NCBI GenBank assembly: GCA_977020255.1
Contig: CDROCS010003758.1
Location: forward strand, 1-64,000
Direction: 5' to 3'
DNA: 64,000 nt
Origin: Obrimoposthia wandeli
Lineage: Eukaryota
The notes under the pieces are model-generated. The model was given only the letters and a program-made list of their open reading frames with translations, was not told the origin of the DNA and did not search any database. A program made the position numbers and the translations under genes. Positions 54,001 through 64,000 of this stretch are shown here, piece after piece (position 1 is the stretch's first letter; each line of letters begins with the position of its first letter).

Positions 54001-54614
54001 GTATTAAAATCGAAAATAGCTAACCGGTCTATCGATGAATGACTTGGCATCTTTCACCAAAATCTGACGAAGCATAACTTCATCTGATACGACTAACGAC
54101 CCGTTTGTTCCAATGTAAATGCTGGAAAAATTAATACATTTAATACATTAAATACAGAAATCATACTACAATTCCTTAAATTTTAAAAAGTTCAATAAAT
54201 CAATAATAATTATGCGATTACATCGTTCGTTGTAAAAACTATTGCTTTAGATATTTAGTCTTTCATTCTATAATTTGGACATATTCTCTATTATTTTAAT
54301 ATTGTAGGCTGTTGACAATTTTATTTTACTAAAAATCAAATTTACGGATAGATGTGGCCGTATTTTTTATGATTTTCCACATCAATAACGTGAAATCCCT
54401 TCTTCAGAAAAGAAAGCATATTCCCAAACAACGGAAGGGGTTTGGGTCCTGGAAAGCCAAATTTTTCTTCCAAATTGAACTTCCATGTTAACAGCCTGTA
54501 AGAAAAAAATGTTAAGAATGGTGAGAATAATTTTCCAAACTTGTGAATCAAAAATAGAATGACGATGGTAAAGAATCCATTCCAACTTACAAGGGAAGCA
54601 AGACAGTTCCACAT
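39072..54614 (-). pseudogene. Cytochrome P450, CYP3 clan, copy 2; about 516 codons, only lesion seen is TAG plus 4-codon deletion in exon 9
   Basis: Exons 54614-54541, 54495-54346, 54121-54025, 50443-50327, 48838-48756, 46162-46014, 45967-45840, 45291-45025, 41466-41237, 39833-39671, and tentative 39164-39072 (ISLINPKDKPLLSSKFIWV..., lower confidence). All junctions are phase-consistent. TAG at 41433-41431. Confidence 0.93.
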
Positions 54615-54960
54615 TTTTTTGAAATTCAATAAAACAGATCTGTTACGTAATTTCGTGCCAAGTTATTTATTGAAGCTAGATAAATTTTGATTGGTTGTGA
54701 ATGCAACCACTTAAGAAATACGGTTTTAAATCGATACATTATGATAATTAAAACAAAATGTATATTCTGTAACAACTGATTTAACCAAGAAACCTTTTAG
54801 CGATTTAACCATACTGTGATACCTATGATAGCTAAAATGTTAACTACGGTATTGGAAAAATTAATGGATTTCGGTATACAGTGAAATTTACTTAATTGGC
54901 GCACAGTTGTCAATGCATTTTACCCCAATTAAGAGAACAGTATTTTTAAATATATACATA

Positions 54961-57630
54961 TATGAGAATAAAAAAAGATCATAAGCACTACGCCACACGT
55001 ACAAAAAACATGTAAAAGTTGGAGACATCGTGAAGTAACAGTTATATTTATCACTCAAAATCTTTTTCACCAAGGAGGTCACCATAGAACTAGAAATCTT
55101 AATGTACATTACTTAGTTTTATTTAAAAATCTTAGAGATCAAACAGTTGTTGATTTTGTGGCCAGACAGGCATTTTCCCAAAATAAGAACTTTCTAGTTG
55201 ATTCATTCCACGATGCTGCTAAACAAGCACATGGGTATATATTTATTGACTTTACACAAGCTTGCCCAGATGATTTACGTGTTTTAACAGACATATTTAA
55301 TTCTAAGGGAGTAACTGTTTATAAACCAATAGAGAACAATTATAAAAAAAATAAATTTGCAATGCCTTTTAAGAAGTTGATAGTGAAACGTAAAGCAAAG
55401 CTTAAGAAATAAAAAAAGAATCATTAAGAAAAAATAAGTGAATAAATTAATCAAATCTGTAGTTAGAAATAAAATAAAACTTGGCTTCAAATATAAACAA
55501 TATTCAAATTGAACCTTTTTTATTAAAATGAAGAAAATACAAAGAAGCATACCCTATTTTAAAGCTTTGGTCAAAGCCTCTTCTCATAAGAGAATGATTA
55601 TTCTTAAAGCATTTCCATCTTTTGTTGTAGATGATTTATTGGAAGTTTTGTATAATATAGTTTTGGGTCGAGTAAAAAATTTGGAAAACGGAAAAAATGT
55701 AGTAAAGAAATATAGAAAAACTCTTTTAGATATTGCTAATGTAAAAAGTAAAAAAAGGAAACGAAATATTATTCTTAAACATAACGGTGGTTTCATAGGG
55801 GCTGTTATTCCAGTTGTTGCTTCAATTATCAGTAGTATTATAGCTGCAACACGTACATAAACAATTATTTCAAAAATCAGCTAAATATATAAGTGCTAAC
55901 CCTTCTTTACCTAAATTTAAATTTTATATATATTCAATTTGTTGTAATGGAGAAGATATGGTTCAATCCAAAAGATCCAATTGGCTACACAGGAGTTTCA
56001 AAATTAGCAAAAAGAACAAAACAGAATTACAAGAAAACGCAAAAATGGGTGAGGGACCAGTTAGCCTACAGTCTGAACAAGCCGATAAGATAAAGGTTTG
56101 TAACTAAAATTTACAAAACCAGCGGTCCTAATAATTTATGGCAAATGGATTTGACGGAGATGATTCCATATTCTTCCATTAATAAGGGATACCGATATTT
56201 TTTAACATGTATTGATGTATTTAGCAGATTTGTTCGTGCTTGAAGCCATTAAAGAAATATTAAAATAGGATATTCCACAAAATGTGCAAACTGATTTAGG
56301 AAAAGAATTTTATAATAAGCAAGTTCAATCATTATTTAAACAAACTAATATAAATCACTACTCGATGTTTTCGCAGTACAAAGTAGCAGTAATAGAAAGA
56401 TTTAATCTTACTTTAAGAGATCAAATAAAAAAGTATTTCACAAAAGAAAGAAATAAAAAATGGGTCCAAGTTTTACACAAAATAATACATGCATATAATC
56501 ACTCTGAACATAGAAGTCTCAAGGGAATGAGACCTGTTGATGTCACTAATAAAAACTCTATGGATATTTGGATAGACAAGAATAAAAAAATATTAAAAAA
56601 GCTAAATATAAGAAAAACGAATATGTTCGAATTTCTAAAATTAGCTCTACTCCATTTATTAAAACTTTGAACAGAATTGGAGCAATGAAATATTTAGTAT
56701 AAGTAAAATTGATCAAAAGAGTAATCCAATAATGTATATTATTAAAGATGCTGACAATAATATCGTTCACGGTAAATTTTACGAGCAAGAACTACAAGTA
56801 ATATCAAATAAACCGAACGTTTTCCGTTTTCAAAAAATATTAAAATCTAAGGGTACCGGTAAATATAAACAATACTATGTTAACTGGCATGGTTATTCAG
56901 ATCCAACTTGGATATCAGCAACTAATGTAATAGGAAGTCTATGTATATGGTTTTACCTAGTAACGGATGCCCGAAGACTCAGCCGGATAATGACGCTAGT
57001 AGCTTTATTATCGATTAGGACAATCCGATAAATTTCCAAGAAGGGGAAACGGCTTTAACAGAATTTTATTTTTATTATTCACCAATTGCTATAAGAAAAA
57101 ATTCATATATTTCGTTTATAAAAGAAAATAATATTGAAAAAACAAATGAAATTGTGATTGGGTTTGATAGTAAAGGAAAATTCTTTTACAATTGTATAGA
57201 TAAAGAAGTGAAAGTAATATATGAAAATAACAAAGTCATATTTAAAAATCGATTAAAATTTATTAAAGTTATTCAAATTACATATGAATCTGAAAAAGAA
57301 GCTTTTCAATTCCGTTTTGATAGTGAACAAACAGTATCTCGTAATAGACGGGATATAGTCTCATCTAAATCGGTTAGAAAGGTTCATAGTAGTATAGCAA
57401 GAGTGTTGTTACTTAAAACGAGAGTAAATGATATAGTGAAACTTAAAAAGTTTTTAAAAGAATATAAAATAGATAATGAAGTGAATTTATGTAAATTAAT
57501 ACAGAAGAAATTTAGTGAATATTTGAATAAATGTGTAACACAAAAAAACGGTAAATTGACGTTTATAGTAAAGAGCAAGATAAAAAAAAACATGTTAAAG
57601 TTAACCTTTCATACACACTCATGCAATTAA
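54961..57630 (+). mobile_element. Polinton/Maverick internal relic, copy 2
   Basis: Duplicate of 17226-19895 at offset about 37737. Confidence 0.9.
55528..55860 (+). CDS. Intact 110-aa basic Polinton ORF with adenovirus pX-like C-terminus (frameshifted in copy 1, 17791-18122)
   Basis: Lys/Arg-rich body ending NGG-FIGAVIPVVASIISSIIAATRT; lies between the ATPase and integrase. Confidence 0.6.
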   Translation: MKKIQRSIPYFKALVKASSHKRMIILKAFPSFVVDDLLEVLYNIVLGRVKNLENGKNVVKKYRKTLLDIANVKSKKRKRNIILKHNGGFIGAVIPVVASIISSIIAATRT

Positions 57631-58384
57631 ATAATTAAAATGTCTTATCTCGTTTAATAACATTCCTTAATTGTAATATTTTAAAATAATTAGATAAATT
57701 TAAATTCTTTATTTTTAAATAACTTGATTATAAAATTATATTGGTAAATATAATTGAAATTATCATTATTCGTTTCTCTTTTTAACTATTCGAAAATATA
57801 TTTATATATATATATACAAATTTAGTAAATTAACTCAACAAACAATATTATTTTTTAATTACTTGATATTTTTGCCATTGTTTTATCAATATAATATGAA
57901 TATTCAATTTATTTCTTCAAAAATTCATTTTATATATTAAATAATATTTCATTATCACATTATTGTGGTATTTTATCAAGTGCTTTTAATTTTAAACTAT
58001 AAAAATATTTTAATTATAAAGTTAGTAGCTGTATTGGCCCACTGCATATGATATAAATTTCAAATATAAAGTACTATTAAATGTATTCTTTCAAATAGTA
58101 AAAGTTCTTTCGAGTTATTTAATTTTGTTTACTAGACATACGAAAATTGACTTGTAAATATAATATATTTTTGCATATATTCAGTTTAATATGTTGTAAG
58201 TTATTACTTTAATATAATTTAATATATTTTTTGCATATATATCAGCTCCACGTTGTCTTCGTCATAATCCAGCATCTAATCTTCATTTCATCAATCCTTC
58301 ATCGCAATCATCTATCTTGTCTTCATCTTAATCCTTCATCTTCTTCAACATCCTCATGTAAAATATTTATTTACAAAATAATTA

Positions 58385-58682
58385 CAGTCAGACCTCTACA
58401 TAACGAACACTCTACATAACGAACACTTTTTTTTAACGAACGGTAAACCAAAATTACACGTTTGGAAGTTTCATATTATATTAAAAAAACAGAGCAATAT
58501 ATGCTTAAAAACTGTTTTGAAGGCGTTATTGCTACCCAAGAATGGTTAGGAAAAAATAAATACATGTCTTATTGTAGTTTATTTTGTTTTATAAATAAAA
58601 GTTTATTAAATTGTTCGTTCCTTTTTTTAACGAACATGGAATTTTTTGAAAAGTTGGTGTTCGTTATGTAGAGGTCTGACTG
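58385..58682. mobile_element. Duplicate of the 298-bp MITE
   Basis: Same TIRs and TA flanks. Confidence 0.92.
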
Positions 58683-61600
58683 TATCACAATCTTACCTGG
58701 AAATCTGACATCAGTTCCTCTTACCATCTTCATCTCATTAATATAATCCATCATCGCAATCCATCATCTTTCATCGCAATCATTCATCTTGTCTTCATCA
58801 TAATCTTCATAACATCATTGCAATTCTTTATTGTCTTCATCTTGTCTTCATCGCATTCCTAAATATAATCTTCTTCTTCTTCATCTTCATCATCTAAAAA
58901 TAATTATTTACAAGATAATTAATAAAAACTTACCTACAATTGGAAATCAATTCATTATTAATCACCATATTGCATTTTCAAATTTTATTGTTGATTATTT
59001 TCAAAATTAATTATTTAAAAAAAATTAATTATGTTTTAACTTACTAATATAAATAATTGGAAATATTTATTAAGTTAAAATAGTTAATATATTTTATTAG
59101 TTACTTAAATTACTAATAATATAATTTTAAATATTTATAAATTATAATAATCAATACATTTTAAAATAAACATTTAAAATATGCAAAGAATTATATATAT
59201 AATGTATTTATTAATACATGTTCAAAGAGGGAAATTAACAAGGTGTTTACAGAGGAGAATTCCCCGAGAAGGGTTATTTAGTGATATTATTCAATTGTTT
59301 ATCCTTTGAAGCTTGATTCTAATTGGCTGATAATGTTGTTTATGTAAATGACATAGAAGACAAGTTGATGGATCAGATGAGATATTATACAGATGGTTCT
59401 AGAAGATAAATTTTATGATATTTAGGTGGTTAAGAAGTAATTTCAGAAAATGTATGATATTTAGAGGATATGGGAAACGTAAATTTATGATAATTAGAAG
59501 ATTTAACGAGAGTATTGCTTTCAGAAGAGAGAAAATGTAGGCTTAAATTGGGTTTACATGGGATTTATCAAGGGTGTTGGTTACAGAATAGAAAATATAA
59601 CCTGTAAAAGGGTTCAGAGGGTGATTCAATATGTTTAGTAGGTTTTAGAAGAAAATTAGATATTAACAAATTAGAAGGATTTTAGAAGGGAAAATGAAGT
59701 AGAAGACAAATTGATGGTTCAGAGGTGATATTACCTAGATGGCTCTAGAAGATAAATTTATGATATTTAGATGGTTGAGAAGCAATTTCAGGAAATTATT
59801 TAATAAAGATAAGAAAATAAATGAACAAGGAAATTGGGGTATGTAGGTGATTAAGAAGAGAAAATATAGAAAGAGGACTCAGAGAGGGAATTAATGGTAG
59901 ATTAAATGGTTTTAGAAGATAATTTATAGTTTTTTAAGGAGGGTTCAGATTTTTACCCAGATGGTTCTAGAAGAGATAATTACGGGTTTTAGAAGTAAAT
60001 TTAAGCATAGATATGAACAACTTAACAAGAGTTTAGAAGGGAAAATAACATAGAAAACAAATCACTGGTCAAAAGGAGATATTACCAAAATGCTTCTAGA
60101 ATAGAAATTGATGATATGTAGGTGATTAAAAAGTAAATTCAAGAAATGTATGATATTTAGAAGATATCGGTAACATTGTTAATTAACAAGGGGTTAAGGA
60201 AATTTATGATATTTAGGTTTAAGCATAGATGATTAGTTAATTTTCTTCTACTTAATCTCCTCAACCATCACGAAATTAACCTCTTCTTAACCTCCATATT
60301 ATTTTTCTCTTCTTAGAGCAGAAATTATGTGTTATTTTATATTATTCTAAGATGAGATCACCCAAATACCTATCTTTATCGGTATTTCTATCATAAAGAT
60401 GGGATACATGATTCGAATCAATAATTTAGCTGTAAGACCCTCTGATATAATTCCTCTATTAAGTCGCAGTAATTTAGGTAAAGATAATCAAAGTATGTTT
60501 CGGTTAAAGTATTAGCAGTCAACCTGTTAGGGTAATTCGAAATATCATTTCCGCATACTTGATAATTGATTTATAGTATAACTCTGAAATTGATCCAAGA
60601 CAGTTGAAGTATCAGTTATATCTAAATATCCTATCTTTATTTGATAATTTCTATATAAATGCATTCCCACTGAAGCCGATAAGTTATATCTAATGTCTGC
60701 TAAATAACAAGTCTCTAAAATTTATGAATTATAGGAAAATGACTAAACCGTCGCTAAAGGGATTTATTGATAGGTTTATATCGATATTTGATGGAAAATT
60801 GTAATATTTGGATGCTTTTAGAGGATAAATTAATGATATATTTAGTAAATTAACAACATTTAGCTAGTTCCGGACATTATTGATATGTTCAAGACATTTA
60901 TGATATCTAATCGCTCTCAAATGATTTATTGATAGGTTTATATCTATCTATTTAGGAAATTAATATTATTTAGATGATTCCAAAGGGTAATTCATGATAT
61001 ATTGGGAAATGTATGATATTTTCGGGAAATCTATGTTATCCTTATCGCTTTCGAATGGTTTATTGATAGGATTATATCAATATTTGGGGGAAATCAATGA
61101 TATTTAGGCGGATCTAAGGTTTAAATTAACGACATGCTCAGAGATTTATGATATTTATGTGGTTCTAAAGACGAAATTAATGATATATTTAAGAAATTAA
61201 AGATTTCCCTAGGAAATTCACAATATTTAGGTGCTTCTAGAAGAGAAATTTAGGGAACAGCATACATTGATGGAGTGTGTATTTGATTCAGTTTAATAGT
61301 CTTATTGAAATTTAACCCATATGATGATATTAGTGACTGTTCTCCAATCAATAACTTCTAGCAAAATGCGAACAATATGATGGTGAAAGTATGAGTCTCT
61401 TAGATTGATTTATTGGATGTACGTGCAGATGACTTTACAACAAGAATATCACCGATGATAGAATCTATTTATATCATACCTATTCCAAGTAATATATTAT
61501 CATAGACTGCTTGAAGAAGATATTCACAGAGGAAGGACATTTATCGACCAACATTTCTAACTCTGAGGGTAAATATATCTTGATAACTCCATTTTTCACC

Positions 61601-64000
61601 GGACGGAGATTTACCCAGATCAATTAGATGGAATTAGATGAAAGTATCCCGAATGAATTACATGATATACTTGTAAATCTTAGAAAATAATATAGGAAGA
61701 CTTTATTATACAAGGAATACTGCTTTGATCATTTTGCTTGCAAGAAGCTATAGAAGAGAAATTAGAGATATTTAGGTATTTCTAAAAGAAACATTAATGA
61801 TATATCTAGGAAATTCATGATATTTAAGTGATTCTATAATATAAATGTATTTTAACTTTATGAAATCTATGGTATTTAAGTGATTCTAGAAGAGAAATGT
61901 ATGATATCCTAGGGAAATCATCGATATTTAGGACATTCTAGAGGGGGAATGTATGATATCTTCGGGAAATCAATTATATTTAAGTACTTCTAAAGGGGAA
62001 ATTAATGATATGTTCATCTGAATTTGTTATATTTAGAAGGTTCTAGGGCGATCCCATTGGCCTTTTAACTCATCATCCAAAGAAGCACCCTCGGATTGCT
62101 GCAGATGTAGGCTAGATTTCATACATAGAAGATACCCCCACATAAAGGGGGAACTAAGGATTTTAATTATTATAAGTCATTTAAGATGATTAGAGGTTAA
62201 TCTCATGGAAGTTAGGGTAATCCCATGATAGTTAGGGAAATCTAGTGGACGTTTAGTGGTTTAAGGAGGAAAATAACGTGGAAGTTAGAATAATCCCATG
62301 GAAGTTAGGAAAATCTAGTGGTAGTTAGGGAAATCTCATGGAAGTTAGGGTAATCTCATGGTAGTTAGAAAAATCTCGTGGAAGTTGAGTGGTTTCAGGA
62401 GGAAAATAACGTGGAAGTTAGGATAATCTCATCGTAGTTAGGAAAATCTAATGCTAGTTAGGGAAATCTTGTGGTAGTTAGGATAATCTCATGGATGTTA
62501 GGAAAATCTCGTGGATGTTAAGAGATTTAAGAGGAATAAATATAATCAATGAAATCATACCAATATCAAACCTACCTCTTTCATTAAAGCAATCATAGAT
62601 GGATGTTTTTTAAATAACATACCTAATTTGATATTACTTATACATCAATGTTGATTGATTGAAATATTCTACGTTGTAGTTGTTTAACTTTAAACATTTT
62701 GTTGTAAAAACTAAGATATTAAGACTTTTGAATTAGATAATCAGGTTAGGCTGTAAAGGAAAACATTGGAAATTTTTATAAGAATGAATCTAATAATCAA
62801 TAAATCGAGATATATCTATCCATATCTTCTAACATCTCTATCATGAATCTTCTATCAAAAACCTTCATCCCTAACTTTCAGAGAAATTACCAAATACCAT
62901 AGATTCATATATTTCCATACATATTGATTATTGAAAAACTGAAATTATCAATATTATCAACATCTAATCTCACTATCATCAACCATCATAAAGTGGCTGA
63001 TAATAGGAATAATGATTTTTCTAATGTGTCATTGGGATTTAGAGTATAAAAAGGGTTAAATACAATTTTTTATTTACAAGTAACAAATATTTGAAAGTTT
63101 TTAAATTTAAACAAAAATCGTTTTTCAAAACATATTTTGAAAATCTGCTTAAAATAATTTTTGAATATCCGCCATACTCACATAATCATTAATCTTGAAC
63201 TTTGCTTAGGCTTTCTTTTATCGATTTCTACTAACAAAATATGTATTTTATTTTTATTCGAAATATTAACAATATTTGATTCAAGTTCATTAAAACCACC
63301 TTTAAAACAAATTTGGTGATGCATGCAAAGTTTTATTTAACCCATTATAACCCAGGTTCACAATTTTTTGATTTTTTAAATGATTTTTCCAACAATATAG
63401 TTTAAAAGGCGTAGAAACATTTTATACTAGTCAGAATTAATTTACCTAAAAAAATAACCGAGAGATGGGGTGATTTCATATGAGATCACTGGGATATAAG
63501 GTACTAAATGTATAGTTAATTCAAACAAAAACACCAATTTTTAAAAAATATATTGTCGAGCTATTACATTCTGTGGTACGGTAAAAAACAATCGACACAT
63601 AAGGCGATATTGCATTTTAAGCAATATGTTCTTGGTTGTGAAGAATTTTGACATCTTCTTTGATGATCCCGTTTTCTTATAATGTGACCTTTGGAGTCGA
63701 ATCGAATACTTGGTTCATTTTCTGATGGTCTGGGTACTGATTTTTTTCGACCTACTGACATCTAGGACTTGCCAATTTTAAATATGACATGGTAATAGCT
63801 CTTCTAAAAGACAACAAATCCATAGATTCTTTTGGATCATCATGTAAAAATTTGTAAATTATCCATGAATTTACCACTGCCATATCAATAATACGAGTAA
63901 AAAGAGGCCAATACCATTTTTACCTCGAATTGATGTTGAGAATTTATTTGCTAACCAATCATGTTTGTCAACTTTCCCATGTAAGCATTATAGTTTTTCA

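Larger units (their letters stand above)
37677..64000. repeat. Copy 2 of the segmental duplication (runs to window end)
   Basis: Match to position 1 begins at 37677 (tcaa-ttatttatgttc); the window end tagtttttca matches 26256-26265. Confidence 0.97.

Overview
AT-rich eukaryotic (animal-like) genomic DNA with GT-AG introns, many only 39-46 nt long. Positions 1-26265 recur almost identically at 37677-64000 (offset about 37.72 kb). Each copy holds an 11-exon CYP3-clan cytochrome P450 on the minus strand with an in-frame TAG and a 4-codon deletion before the ExxR motif. Each copy also holds a decayed Polinton/Maverick segment (packaging ATPase, pX-like ORF, integrase-chromodomain, penton-like ORF) and hAT, Tc1 and piggyBac relics. 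The single-copy interval (about 26.3-37.7 kb) contains two features the ORF track misses. The first is a 1430-bp non-autonomous Polinton-type element with TIRs and a perfect 6-bp TSD. The second is an ankyrin-repeat gene with a candidate C-terminal RING exon. Its core is a tandem array of 14 near-identical units, each one 99-nt exon (one ankyrin repeat) plus a 39-40-nt intron. All 14 are in frame, and they vary in mosaic fashion mostly at predicted binding-surface residues. All coordinates and translations were derived by eye; no database searches were run.
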